This document shows positions 20,044 through 30,075 of a stretch of DNA of 64,000 nt, one piece after another. The translations under genes were made by a program, and so were the position numbers. Source of the stretch: an archaeon CG10_big_fil_rev_8_21_14_0_10_43_11 (lineage in GTDB: Archaea > Nanobdellota > Nanobdellia > PEZQ01); contig PEZQ01000006.1 of NCBI GenBank assembly GCA_002763265.1, positions 94,141 to 158,140 of the forward strand, written 5' to 3'. The notes beneath the pieces were generated by a model. That model was not told the DNA's origin. It saw only the letters and a program-made list of their open reading frames with translations, and did no database searches. Within the stretch, counting starts at the first letter, position 1, and every line of letters begins with the position of its first letter.

Positions 20044-20158
20044 AACAGCACCGTAACAACGTTATCTTAAAATTAGATATATAAATGTTTCTACACATAA
20101 ACTATTGAATTAATACGTTTTAATATCTAAACTCAGCTAATTACAAGTAAGAATCAAT

Positions 20159-20509
20159 CATAGGACACACAAATTCAATGATTGTTGGGTACTCATTGTG
20201 ATGCGACCAATTTTCTTGCAATTGAATGACTTCTTGTACTCTTCTTCAATCGGCTTGATTTCTTTTTTGTCAAGTCTTCTTGAATTCAGGAAACTCTTTT
20301 TTTGCGCGATTTATTATTTCTTTTTTCTTATCAAGACCATATTGCAAGGTTTCATCACTAAAAACTAGGTCAAAGTTTTTTGACACGTCCATAACACAGT
20401 CTAAAAATACGTCATAGCATACTTCTATTTTCGTGTTCACAGAAGATTTAACGTGCAGGATAATAATTATTTTTTTCGATTTTAGCGCGTGCTTACACTT
20501 TTTATTCAC
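20159..20509 (-). pseudogene. frameshifted hypothetical gene remnant
   Basis: ORF 20270..20509 continues in another frame as LDKKEIKPIEEEYKKSFNCKKIG. Confidence 0.4.
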
Positions 20510-20691
20510 ATGTTTCCCATGATTAACGTGGTTTTACGCGGTCAAATCAAGAAATTAGCTAAGCGCAACACGACCAAAACGCCTAAAAAGGCTTTAGTTA
20601 TGGTATTATACCAGTAATTGGAATTTTAAAAGAACCCTCACACGAAAAAAATAATTTCTGATTAACAAAAAAATAAAAAGTGAAACAAACC

Positions 20692-20883
20692 ATGAAAGGA
20701 ACAGTAAAATTTTTTAACAAAACAAAAGGCTTCGGTTTCATAACCGGCGAAGATGGCGAAGACTATTTTGTACACCAAACTGGTCTTGCTGAAGACGTTT
20801 CAATAACTGACAACGACGCGGTCGAATTTGACGTAGAAGAAGGCGAACGCGGCAAAAAAGCAGTTAACGTACGCAACGCATAA
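20692..20883 (+). CDS. cspA: cold-shock domain protein
   Basis: MKGTVKFFN, KGFGFI (RNP1), YFVH (RNP2). Confidence 0.96.
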   Translation: MKGTVKFFNKTKGFGFITGEDGEDYFVHQTGLAEDVSITDNDAVEFDVEEGERGKKAVNVRNA

Positions 20884-20992
20884 ACAACGTTTTTTCGTAA
20901 AAAAAACAAATACTTATTTTATTTATTACCTATTTTTTTTCCCAACTCTAGCGTGAGAGGTCTTATTAAGCAAAACAGTTCTACACTATGAT

Positions 20993-21781
20993 ATGCGCCT
21001 CAAGCTGATGAGCTATAATATCTGGTATGGCTTTTACACTGACAACACGCTGCACACGCTTGACAAGAAACGATTGTGCGCAGCAAAAGCCATTATCAAG
21101 CGAGAAGACCCTGACGTGCTCGTGCTCAATGAAGCAATCTCAGGACCAGCGCATTACGGGTTTAAAGAGTACGTAGCAGAGTTTGGATTTAGCACAGGGT
21201 ACTTTGCAGCATACACGGACTGGTTTTTTGGCAACGCCATTCTCTCAAAGCAAGCAATGCACGCAAAAACAGTTGACACCGGACACCGTAACATGATACG
21301 CGCAAGCATTAAGGGTTTGGAAGTGAACGTGTTTCACCCACACCCCGTCATCACTGACGAGCAGCGCGCAATTATTATTGCACCTGTTTTGAAAAGCGCG
21401 AAAAAGCCGTTTGTGCTTGTTGGGGATTACAACGCAATTAGTGATGAAGACACGTATGACAAAGAAAAATTGCTTAAAGCATGGCAAAGCCTTGATGGCA
21501 AGAAAAAAGGCAGGAACGTAGTTGAAAACCTGACAAACGCGCGTTTTATCCCGTTCCTGCGCGAACAGGGTTTGCAAGACGCGTTTGAAGGGTTTAAAAA
21601 AGTACCCACACACCCTACTCCTGCAGTAAGAAAAAATTTTGTTGCAAACGTGCGCATTGACCACTGCTTTACCTCAGCAGATGTGAAAGTGAGGGATGCG
21701 CGTATTATTACCTCACAACGCGCTAAAATAGCATCAGACCATTACCCTATTGTGTGCAATTTGGAATTTAAGAAAAAATGA
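20993..21781 (+). CDS. endonuclease/exonuclease/phosphatase (EEP) family protein
   Basis: MSYNI, DVLVLNE, GNAILSK, GDYN, RIDH, ASDHYP. Confidence 0.93.
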   Translation: MRLKLMSYNIWYGFYTDNTLHTLDKKRLCAAKAIIKREDPDVLVLNEAISGPAHYGFKEYVAEFGFSTGYFAAYTDWFFGNAILSKQAMHAKTVDTGHRNMIRASIKGLEVNVFHPHPVITDEQRAIIIAPVLKSAKKPFVLVGDYNAISDEDTYDKEKLLKAWQSLDGKKKGRNVVENLTNARFIPFLREQGLQDAFEGFKKVPTHPTPAVRKNFVANVRIDHCFTSADVKVRDARIITSQRAKIASDHYPIVCNLEFKKK

Positions 21782-21793
21782 AGAAAGCCAAGT

Positions 21794-21973
21794 TTATTGG
21801 CTTTGTTCGGGTTTTTGCTCGTCCTCTTCTTCTGCGAATTTTTTGATTTCATCAAAATATTTCACAATAAGTTGTGCTTTTCCTTTGCCAAATTGAAAAG
21901 GAAATTTTGTGTCTTCTTCGCGTTTGAGAACAATAAGTTTGTGTCCTTTGTATTCTGCGTATTCTACTGGCAT
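21794..21973 (-). CDS. 59-aa small protein (absent from ORF track)
   Basis: MPVEYAEYKGHKLIVLKREEDTKFPFQFGKGKAQLIVKYFDEIKKFAEEEDEQKPEQSQ; fills the gap, protein-like composition, GTGAG just upstream. Confidence 0.75.
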   Translation of the reverse strand: MPVEYAEYKGHKLIVLKREEDTKFPFQFGKGKAQLIVKYFDEIKKFAEEEDEQKPEQSQ

Positions 21974-22116
21974 AGTAACTCACACTAACAAAGTCAGGGT
22001 TTAAAAGTGTCACGCCTTAGCAAAGCAAGAAATGTGCGTTGCTAATGTTGCGGTTGATAAGAGCAAAAAGATGGGGTAAAGTAAAGTAAAAGAGTTTTTA
22101 GAGGAGGTCTTTGGGT

Positions 22117-22428
22117 TTAGCCAAAGAGTGCTCCAAGGCCTTGTGCGGTTTCTTCTTCACTGACTTGCTCTTCTTCTTCCTCTTTTGCTTCTGCTTTTGG
22201 AGCTTCGCCAGCTGGTGCTGCGCCTGCTGCTGGAGCTGCTACAGCGACCGCGCTTGCTGCTTTGCTGATGGCTTCATCAATGTTGACGCCTTCAAGCGCA
22301 GCAAGAAGTGCTTTGATTCGGGCCTCGTCAGGCTTTGCGCCTGCCGCTTCCATTACTTTCTTTACGGTTGCTTCATCAACTTGCTTTCCAGCTTTGTGGA
22401 TGAGTAGTGCCGCATATACATATTCCAT
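22117..22428 (-). CDS. rpl12: 50S ribosomal stalk protein L12 (P1)
   Basis: MEYVYAALL, Ala-rich hinge, acidic tail, GLGALFG. Confidence 0.98.
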   Translation of the reverse strand: MEYVYAALLIHKAGKQVDEATVKKVMEAAGAKPDEARIKALLAALEGVNIDEAISKAASAVAVAAPAAGAAPAGEAPKAEAKEEEEEQVSEEETAQGLGALFG

Positions 22429-22430
22429 TA

Positions 22431-23258
22431 TTATACACCTGTTTCGTTTTTGAGTGCGAGCGCTTGATTCTGTGCTTTTGCTATGTGCTCATCAATCATA
22501 TCTTTTGAGAGAATACTTGCTTCAAGAGCAAGACCTCTCGCGTTTTGTACTGCTTTGACAATAACAAATTCAATCGTTTCCTTAGTGAGGATGCCTGCTT
22601 CAACAGCGAGGTTTTGCGCGTGTTGTGCTGCAAGCATGACGTTCTGTAGGTATGATTCTTCATCAATGTCAAGTACGGTTTTGTCATACACGGTTGTCCC
22701 TTCCATTGCATGGGTCATGTTAAGACCAACTTTCATTGGTTTCACGCCCATTTTTTTGAGAAATGAAGCAAGTTCTGCAGTAACTGCATCTCCTGCTTTT
22801 GCAACAACGGTGTCTTTTATGACTGCAATTTTTCCGCCTTCAACTCTTGTTTTTACTTTGAACTTACCAAATTCGCCAATCATTGGACCTGGCGTAAAGT
22901 CTGTTGGACCCTCAGGTATTGTTACATCAACTGGCAACGTGTCGCCTGCTTTTGCAAACGCAGTTACCCTGCTTTTTTTGAGGGTTTTGTACAGTTTGAA
23001 GGGGTTTGTTTTGGTAAACATGAGTGCTGGCATGTCCCCCAGCTTTTCTCTGAGTGATTCATATCTGCTTCCCTGCAGCGCGCGGAGAATCGCGCTTTTC
23101 TTGGTCATCTTAAGGTTAACTATACTGCTGATTTCCTGTTTGATGCCTTGAAGCTGTTTTGCAGGAAGTCCTTTCATGTCAACAAGGGCAACAACGCTTG
23201 CGCTTTGAAGATGTTGCTTGATTTCTTCAACTTTATCCTTTTTCCACTGTTGTACCAT
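22431..23258 (-). CDS. rplP0: 50S ribosomal protein L10 (P0)
   Basis: [17 protein letters not shown], repeated C-terminal L12-binding helices; operon position. Confidence 0.95.
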   Translation of the reverse strand: MVQQWKKDKVEEIKQHLQSASVVALVDMKGLPAKQLQGIKQEISSIVNLKMTKKSAILRALQGSRYESLREKLGDMPALMFTKTNPFKLYKTLKKSRVTAFAKAGDTLPVDVTIPEGPTDFTPGPMIGEFGKFKVKTRVEGGKIAVIKDTVVAKAGDAVTAELASFLKKMGVKPMKVGLNMTHAMEGTTVYDKTVLDIDEESYLQNVMLAAQHAQNLAVEAGILTKETIEFVIVKAVQNARGLALEASILSKDMIDEHIAKAQNQALALKNETGV

Positions 23259-23266
23259 TGTGCTGT

Positions 23267-23920
23267 TCACTCCAAGATTATTGGTTTTGACATGGTGAGT
23301 TTGATAAAGACATGGCGGAGTTGTTGCTTTCCTTTTGGTAAGTCCGCTAAGACTTTATCATAAACAACGCGAATATTATTCCAAATATCTTCATCTGCCA
23401 TCTCTGTGTTTGCAATAAGCAGGTGAAGGTTTGGCTGTTTTTTTGCCTTGAGGATTGCGATTTTGTTAATTCGGGTAACCGTTGCTTTCAAATCAGCGTT
23501 TGGTGCGATGACTTGGCCGAGTTTTGGGTTTGGCATGCGCCCTACTGAGCCAAGATATTTACCAAACGTTTTCGCGATTTGAGGCATGATGTTTGCTTGC
23601 GCAATAAAATAGTGATGTGAGCGCACGAGTTTTCTGATTTTTCGAGGATTGCTTGCCCACTCTTCAAAATCATCAACAAGAATAGCAGTGTCACATATTT
23701 TTTTTGCATCAACAATGAGTTCTTTGCCGACAAGCGCGCAAAATTTTGATGTTCTTCCCGTGCCATGCGGCAAAAGGAGGTAGTCATCAATTTTATCGCC
23801 TTTTTTGATGTTAAACTCGCGCAGTGAGAAGATAAGGTCAAACTTTTGAGTAAATTTGCGAGATTTCGCTTGCTCTTTTAGCTGTGCTATCGCGTCAAGC
23901 GCGGCTTGTTTTTCTACCAT
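23267..23920 (-). CDS. rpl1: 50S ribosomal protein L1
   Basis: RKFTQKFDL, LPHG, FGKYLG..GRMP, KLTMS. Confidence 0.95.
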   Translation of the reverse strand: MVEKQAALDAIAQLKEQAKSRKFTQKFDLIFSLREFNIKKGDKIDDYLLLPHGTGRTSKFCALVGKELIVDAKKICDTAILVDDFEEWASNPRKIRKLVRSHHYFIAQANIMPQIAKTFGKYLGSVGRMPNPKLGQVIAPNADLKATVTRINKIAILKAKKQPNLHLLIANTEMADEDIWNNIRVVYDKVLADLPKGKQQLRHVFIKLTMSKPIILE

Positions 23921-23986
23921 TGTAGAGTCAAACCTCCTGCCAAAGCAGTGAAGTAAGCAAGACAAACCGCGTGCTATTTATAAGAT

Positions 23987-24592
23987 TTACTGTTTAGAAA
24001 GTTGTTTTCCAAGCGGGGTGATTCCTGTGTTGAGCAGGTATTCACCAAGCGTGAGTTCTCCATTAACGTCTCCGCTAAGATACTTAAAGCAGGGTTTGTT
24101 TCCAAACATGTAGAGCACGCCAAGCTCTTGGGTTTCAAAATTTTGCATGACTGCGCCAAGCATAAGGGTGTTGATGATGTCTTTATCAGACATTTTAAGC
24201 TCGTTGTCACCATACTCTTCAAACGCACGAAGACCGCCATACATCCGGAATGATGCGTGTTTTTGTGCGGGAAGGTTAAGCACACTTGATTCTGGGCACA
24301 CGTGCAAACTGTTGAACTCTGGATTGTACTGCGTATTTGGAAGCACGTACCACTCATCTTTAAGCAAGACAGCAAGTGCTGTTTCGTTGAGTTCCCTTTT
24401 AAGAAGGTCTTGGAGTCCAAGAAATGTGTTCAAAGTGAGTACACGTGGATCTTGTCTGCCCATTTCCTGCTCAAGAGAGTCAATGCTCTTTCCCGGAAAG
24501 AACGTGATAAACTCCGCGACGGGGTAATCTGGTGTCATAGTTGAATCATTCCCAATTCCCCTTCTGCATTGATTTTTAAATCTTACTACCAC
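23987..24592 (-). CDS. hypothetical protein inserted between rpl11 and rpl1
   Basis: 201-aa ORF without recognisable motif. Confidence 0.6.
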   Translation of the reverse strand: MVVRFKNQCRRGIGNDSTMTPDYPVAEFITFFPGKSIDSLEQEMGRQDPRVLTLNTFLGLQDLLKRELNETALAVLLKDEWYVLPNTQYNPEFNSLHVCPESSVLNLPAQKHASFRMYGGLRAFEEYGDNELKMSDKDIINTLMLGAVMQNFETQELGVLYMFGNKPCFKYLSGDVNGELTLGEYLLNTGITPLGKQLSKQ

Positions 24593-24597
24593 AAGAA

Positions 24598-25077
24598 TTA
24601 GGCGAGTTGCGCGTCAAACGCGCCTGCTTTAACCGCTTTTGAGACTTCCAGCGGGTTTTTGCCGTCAATTGTCACGCCAATACTCACGCATGTTCCAACA
24701 ACTTGTCCAAGCATTGCTTTTGCATCTTTTGAAATAGTGCCAGACACTTTTGATTTTGCAATCTCAATAAGCTCAGTAACAGGAATGTCTCCAACAAACG
24801 CGGTTCCTGCGGTTGCGCTGCCTTTCTCAAGTTTTGCGCGCTTTTTGATAAGCTGAGGAACAGGGGGTGTGCCCACTTTGATGGTGTATTCTTTTGTTTT
24901 TTTGTCAACAGTGAGCGTGACAGGAACTTCAACGCCTTTAAAACCGCTGGTTGCATCGTTTATATCTTGTGCGATTTTTCCAAGGTTAATACCAAGCGGA
25001 CCAAGTTTCATGCCAAGGGTTGCGCCAGTTTTTGCTGCGCCGCCTTCAACCATCAAATTAATGATTTCTTCGCTCAT
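24598..25077 (-). CDS. rpl11: 50S ribosomal protein L11
   Basis: VEGGAA, LGPLGINL, VGTPP, VVGTCVSIGV. Confidence 0.97.
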   Translation of the reverse strand: MSEEIINLMVEGGAAKTGATLGMKLGPLGINLGKIAQDINDATSGFKGVEVPVTLTVDKKTKEYTIKVGTPPVPQLIKKRAKLEKGSATAGTAFVGDIPVTELIEIAKSKVSGTISKDAKAMLGQVVGTCVSIGVTIDGKNPLEVSKAVKAGAFDAQLA

Positions 25078-25127
25078 GTGTGATGCACCTCAAAACGTAG
25101 GGTCTTTTTATGTGTTTGGGTAGAGAG

Positions 25128-25610
25128 TCATATTTCTCCTTTTGAGCTTACACGGTCAATCACGCGCACACTATCAAGGCTGATAGTAATTGGAATTGGC
25201 ACCGCAGCTTCAAGCAGTTCAACAATGACTTTTTCTTTTGCCTTGTCCACGCGTTTAACACGCGCTTTCTCGCCTTTGTAGGGTCCGCTGATAAGTTCAA
25301 CAATGTCGTTGATGCCAATGACCATTTTCTTGACTGCTGGTTCGAAAAAGTGTTCAATATCAACAAACGCGATTGGGTTTTCAATCACGCCTTTTGCGTG
25401 GCGAAGGCCATATACTGCTTCCTTAACTGCGTCAATATTTGCTCCTTCAATAAAAAAGTAGCCTCTGATTTGTTCTGGGCGCAAAACCGCGTACACACCG
25501 TGGTTTTCTTTAAGAAGTCGTGCATAAAGACGGCTAATAAGTTGTGATTCTCTGCCGGCAGTAACGCGGACAATGAATATTTCTCCATATTGTTTTTCTT
25601 CGTCACTCAT
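25128..25610 (-). CDS. spt5: transcription elongation factor Spt5 (NusG)
   Basis: NGN domain (RGYFFIE) and KOW motif (DIVELISGPYKGEKARV). Confidence 0.97.
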   Translation of the reverse strand: MSDEEKQYGEIFIVRVTAGRESQLISRLYARLLKENHGVYAVLRPEQIRGYFFIEGANIDAVKEAVYGLRHAKGVIENPIAFVDIEHFFEPAVKKMVIGINDIVELISGPYKGEKARVKRVDKAKEKVIVELLEAAVPIPITISLDSVRVIDRVSSKGEI

Positions 25611-25616
25611 GATACA

Positions 25617-25829
25617 TCACAGTTTGATTACGTACACAAAAAGTGTTTGTAGTGCAAAACCTATCACGCCCATAATGACCATACCAATGCCCGTAATTTT
25701 AACAATATCGATAAACTCTCTTTTTGATGGTCGTTTGGTTCGTCGAAGTACGCGTCGGTAGTGGGCAAGCGAGTATTTGAGATTTGTAAACACTCTGCTT
25801 AGGTTGTCACCAACCGTGTTAAGTTTCAT
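25617..25829 (-). CDS. secE: protein translocase subunit SecE (Sec61 gamma)
   Basis: YRRVLRRTKRPSKREF..KITGIG..GVIGF. Confidence 0.95.
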   Translation of the reverse strand: MKLNTVGDNLSRVFTNLKYSLAHYRRVLRRTKRPSKREFIDIVKITGIGMVIMGVIGFALQTLFVYVIKL

Positions 25830-25878
25830 TATGTAACAAACAGAAACCACATTTTTAAAGGTTGTGGAAACACCCAGC

Positions 25879-26604
25879 CTATTTGTGCGGCGAAAAATCG
25901 CTTAGTACGCGCACGTTCTTTTGAGAAAACAGGCGTGTTTTGCGCATCACCTCAAAATAATCTTCATTGAAGCGGGCATGATACTCATTTTCTGGAGGGT
26001 ACCATGCATCAAGAACAAGCACGCCACCGGGTTTTATCATGCCCGCCAGTTTTTCAAGAATACAAAGCATGCCCTCTTTTTTAAAGTGGTAGACAAAATT
26101 TTGGCACATAATCGCGTCATACCCCTCTGTTTTGGGTACATCCATCACATCCATCACATGAAAAGTGCAGGGGCGCGTGATGCAGGAAGGAATCGTAAAT
26201 GTGTCATGTGCTTGCTGCTTGGAAAAAAAAGAAAGGAGTTCATCTCGCGTTGCATCCAGTTCTGGTTGTTTGATTGAAACATACGAAAGGCCGCGCAAGA
26301 GGTCATCAAACGTGCGCGTCATAGTATAGCAACCCTCACGTGCGGTTTTGATACCAGCAGGGTTAATGTCAAAACCATGAATCTCATACATGTGTTTTGG
26401 AAGCAGCAAATGAATCATGCTTAGCGAATACGCTTCTTTCCCGTCTGAAGACGCAATTGAACCAACGCGCACGCGTTCATGCTCCAAAAGATACCTGTCC
26501 ATGAGCAAATAATAGCTGGACATGAGATACGGTTCTCGAAAGAATGTGGTCTTAAAACTAATAAGCGCATCAGGGACACGCAAGAACTCTTCAAGCCGGC
26601 TCAT
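25879..26604 (-). CDS. CheR-like SAM-dependent methyltransferase (catalytic domain only)
   Basis: TTFFREP, RVGSIASSDGKEAYSLSM, GFDIN, YDAIMCQNFVYHF, KPGGVLVL. Confidence 0.8.
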   Translation of the reverse strand: MSRLEEFLRVPDALISFKTTFFREPYLMSSYYLLMDRYLLEHERVRVGSIASSDGKEAYSLSMIHLLLPKHMYEIHGFDINPAGIKTAREGCYTMTRTFDDLLRGLSYVSIKQPELDATRDELLSFFSKQQAHDTFTIPSCITRPCTFHVMDVMDVPKTEGYDAIMCQNFVYHFKKEGMLCILEKLAGMIKPGGVLVLDAWYPPENEYHARFNEDYFEVMRKTRLFSQKNVRVLSDFSPHK

Positions 26605-26650
26605 AAACAAGACAAAGAGGATACGTGTTTTTTAGGATTTGTGCAACTCA

Positions 26651-27793
26651 CTAAATAAATTCAATGCCCAAGTCATTTTCAATCTCTTTTTTACGACGGT
26701 CAGTCGTTCTTGTTCGTGGGCCAAAAATTTGCGGCGACTTCACGCCAGTCACGATAAGCAAGGTTCGAATAACCGTGTCCATGTCATCAGTGATGTGCGC
26801 GCCCCAAATAACTTGCGCATTCTCATCAAGACGCGACGAAACCGCTTCAACCACTTCTTTTGCTTCATCAAGGGTCATAGTTGGGCCGCCAGAAACATTA
26901 ATAAGCGCGCCTTTAGCGCCAGTAATGTCCACGTCAAGAAGGGGATTGTTCACCGCTTTTTCAACTGCTTCAACTGCACGGTTTTCCGAGTCGCTCTCGC
27001 CAACACCAATCATGGCAACACCGCCCTGACCCATAACTGCGCGAATGTCTGCAAAGTCAAGGTTGATAAGACCCGGTTTTGTGACAAGCTCAGCAATTCC
27101 TTTGACCGCGTTTGTAAGAATTTCATCAGCTACTTTGAACGCGGTTTGAAGCGGGAGGTCTGGTGCTATTTCAAGGAGTTTATCATTTGGAATCACAATA
27201 AGCGTGTCAACAATGCCTTCCATGCGCTCAAGACCATAAAGCGCGTTTTCAATGCGCTTGTTTCCTTCAATAGTGAAGGGAAGCGTCACCACAGCGACAG
27301 TGAGTGCACCATTCTTTTTTGCAATCTCAGCAATGACTGGTGCTGCGCCTGTGCCCGTTCCGCCGCCAAGACCGCACGTGATAAAGACCATGTCAGCACC
27401 AGCAAGTGATTTTTTGAGTTCTGATTCTGATTCACGCGCTGCTTCTTCGCCGACTTTTGGATTGCTTCCAGCACCCATGCCGCTGCTGGCTTCTTTTCCT
27501 ATCAAGATTTTCTTGTCAGCAAGTGCGACGAGTAAATCCTGCGCATCAGTGTTTACAACAATGAGTTCTGCGCCTTTAATGCCAATCTCGCTCATGCGCG
27601 TAAGCGAATTATTACCCGCACCGCCAACACCGATAACACGGATTGTTGCGCGCTTTGTTGCAAGAAGTTCTTCAAGTTCTGCGTCAACATCTTTTGTGCG
27701 CGAAAGCTCGCTTCTAAACTCTTTAACAGAATGCGATTGTGATTGTTGAGGGGGTTGAAACAAGCTGCCACTCCCCGAGGATAGTATATCCAT
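26651..27793 (-). CDS. ftsZ: cell division protein FtsZ
   Basis: [20 protein letters not shown] tubulin signature, INLDFAD. Confidence 0.98.
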   Translation of the reverse strand: MDILSSGSGSLFQPPQQSQSHSVKEFRSELSRTKDVDAELEELLATKRATIRVIGVGGAGNNSLTRMSEIGIKGAELIVVNTDAQDLLVALADKKILIGKEASSGMGAGSNPKVGEEAARESESELKKSLAGADMVFITCGLGGGTGTGAAPVIAEIAKKNGALTVAVVTLPFTIEGNKRIENALYGLERMEGIVDTLIVIPNDKLLEIAPDLPLQTAFKVADEILTNAVKGIAELVTKPGLINLDFADIRAVMGQGGVAMIGVGESDSENRAVEAVEKAVNNPLLDVDITGAKGALINVSGGPTMTLDEAKEVVEAVSSRLDENAQVIWGAHITDDMDTVIRTLLIVTGVKSPQIFGPRTRTTDRRKKEIENDLGIEFI

Positions 27794-27914
27794 GACATCC
27801 CAATTAGAGCAAGAGCTTCTTTATATGTTTTATTTACTTTAAGCATACGAAATTCTTTTTTTCGCTACAATATTGTAGTAAAATAAACGTGAACGTATTT
27901 AAGTAAATAGAAAT

Positions 27915-28646
27915 GTGCAAAGGATTGTGGCAAAAGTCGCTCTTGCGCAAATTGAACTGTTTGACGAGCTCAAAAAGAATGTTTCTAAAGTGCTAGAATA
28001 CATAGAAAAAGCTGCGTTCAAAGATACAGATATTGTGTGTTTTCCTGAATCATGCCTTGGTGAAGACTTTTTGGACATGCACTGCAAAGAAATTGAGCAA
28101 ATTAAAGCAAGTTGCAAAAAAAATAATATTTACGCAATTATTGGGGCACACATAAAAGAAGGGGAAAAAGTCTCTAACGTTGCAATCCTTATCAACCGCA
28201 CGGGCAACATTGCATATGTGTACCGCAAAGTACATTTATTTCCTGGTCTTGACTTAGGTGAGTCTGTTCCTGGAACAGACAATCATGTTGTAGAAACCGA
28301 TTTTGGCAAGATTGGGATTATTATTTGTTGAGATTTTGCATTTCCAGAATATGTAAAAAAACTTTCAAAACAAGGCGCTCAAATATTGTTTTGTCCGTCG
28401 TATCTGTTAGATAACGCACACATCTCAAAAGAAGTGTTTCAAAGCATTCCCCTCGCAAGAGCTTTTGAGAATCTTGCATATTTTGTAAGTTGCGACGCTT
28501 TCACAGACGAAGTTCTAGGGGAAAGCTATATTTGTAGTCCGATGAACGTTTTGAATAAAATCAAGAAACGTGAAGGAATTATATTTGCAGAGTTGGACTT
28601 GAAAAAGATACGCAAATTAAGAAAACAGTACAATTGCCTTAATTAA
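27915..28646 (+). pseudogene. carbon-nitrogen hydrolase (nitrilase family) with in-frame TGA at 28329-28331
   Basis: FPE, YRKVHLF, GIIIC*DFAFPE; both ORF-track pieces are in the same frame. Confidence 0.85.
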
Positions 28647-28689
28647 ACTAAGAAAAGGAGGATATAGACAAACTCACTTCAATAACACT

Positions 28690-29307
28690 ATGAAACTGTT
28701 TCTTATTGGTGGCGGACATCCTGAACGTGGTGAAACACGTTATATTGATAAAGAGATTGCAAAACACGTTCCAAAACAAGCAACTGCAGTATTGATTCCT
28801 TTTGCTCTTGAAGAAAAGTTTCAGTCCTCAGCCTTTGATCGTTTTAACAAGATTTATCGAGATGAACTCCATTTCAAAACGCAGGCACTCAAAGCAACTG
28901 ATTCTCTACAGGATATGATTAAGAAATTATCAGAATCGGATATTATCTACCTATGGGGCGGTAAAACAAAGTGGCTGCTTGAATCATTAAAGAAATTCAG
29001 TCTTGAAACCCAACTAAAGATTTTGAGCAAAACAAAGGTCATTGTAGGCAATTCTGCAGGCGCAATCGCGTTGTGCTCGTATGGAATTACTGATGATAAA
29101 ACACTCATTCGTGGCACCGGTATTGTTCGAATGATTTGCGATGTTCACAGCAATAAGACAGATAACGAGCAAGTGCTTCGTGATGCGTGCAGAAAGTTCA
29201 ATCTTGAAGGTGTTGCATTAGATGAATGCACTGCGCTTGCAATTATTAACGGTAAAGAGCAGTTCGTAAAACGGGAAGGAACAAACATTGTGCTTGTAAA
29301 AAATTAA
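28690..29307 (+). CDS. peptidase S51 family (dipeptidase E / cyanophycinase-like)
   Basis: LIGGG, IYLWGG, GNSAGA nucleophile elbow, DVH, LDECTAL. Confidence 0.88.
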   Translation: MKLFLIGGGHPERGETRYIDKEIAKHVPKQATAVLIPFALEEKFQSSAFDRFNKIYRDELHFKTQALKATDSLQDMIKKLSESDIIYLWGGKTKWLLESLKKFSLETQLKILSKTKVIVGNSAGAIALCSYGITDDKTLIRGTGIVRMICDVHSNKTDNEQVLRDACRKFNLEGVALDECTALAIINGKEQFVKREGTNIVLVKN

Positions 29308-29334
29308 AAAGATAAAAGTGAATGTATCTTATGA

Positions 29335-30039
29335 TTATTCATTATCGGCTTTCTTTGCAGGGGTTTTAGCAGGTTTCTTTTCTGTTGTATCTTCTTTTTT
29401 CTCTTCTTTTTTTACAAATTCTGCCTTAAGACCGGTGTATTTTTCGATTTCTTCACAAATGTGTTTTGTGTAATGTTCTGGCAGTTTCTGAGCAAGAGTG
29501 ATTGTTGCTTTTTTGTCTGCAATGGTAATATCAGGGTTTTGCTCGTTTAAGCGCACATCAAGAATCACACCTATTTGTTCTTTTTTGTCAGTAATTTCGC
29601 GATTAATCGTCACATCATACACAACGGTTCGTCCTGCAAGCGGGTGGTTGAAGTCAACACGCACGCGGCCGCCTGACGCGCTCATAATAGTTCCCTGCAC
29701 GCCCTGAAAATCCAAAACCATGCCGGGCAGTGGTCGCATGTTTTTTTCGCGAAATTCTTTGAGCGGAATAAGACGCACGAGTTTTTGGTTTCGTGAACCA
29801 AATGCATCTTGTGCAGGAATAATAACTGAAAATGAATCGCCAACGGTGTGTTTTTTGAGTTCAGCATCAAGACCTTTGATAACGTGTTGCGCGCCAATAA
29901 TGATGCGTTGCGGTTTTGGCGAGCCTTCAAGCCCGTTTTGTTTTGCAATACGTTCTTTAGTCGTATCAAACATGCGATTATTGCTTGCAATGCGCGCTTC
30001 GTAATCAATTTCAATGAAGCTGCCTTCTTTGATGCTCAT
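29335..30039 (-). CDS. slyD: FKBP-type peptidyl-prolyl isomerase (SlyD-like, long archaeal type)
   Basis: FDTT, VIKGLD, AFGSR, VDFNHPLAG. Confidence 0.93.
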   Translation of the reverse strand: MSIKEGSFIEIDYEARIASNNRMFDTTKERIAKQNGLEGSPKPQRIIIGAQHVIKGLDAELKKHTVGDSFSVIIPAQDAFGSRNQKLVRLIPLKEFREKNMRPLPGMVLDFQGVQGTIMSASGGRVRVDFNHPLAGRTVVYDVTINREITDKKEQIGVILDVRLNEQNPDITIADKKATITLAQKLPEHYTKHICEEIEKYTGLKAEFVKKEEKKEDTTEKKPAKTPAKKADNE

Positions 30040-30075
30040 AGCAACTAAAGAGAATAAGCGCGCCTTTTTTAAAGC

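Noticed and set aside
26639..27749. Long antisense ORFs over ftsZ (and similar shadows over apgM, rplP0, alaS and the Cys-rich genes)
   Set aside because: Antisense or alternate-frame shadows of well-supported genes with no motifs of their own
27915..28646. Genome-wide TGA recoding
   Set aside because: TGA terminates many intact genes here, including ATGA overlaps; only one in-frame case seen in a recognisable gene
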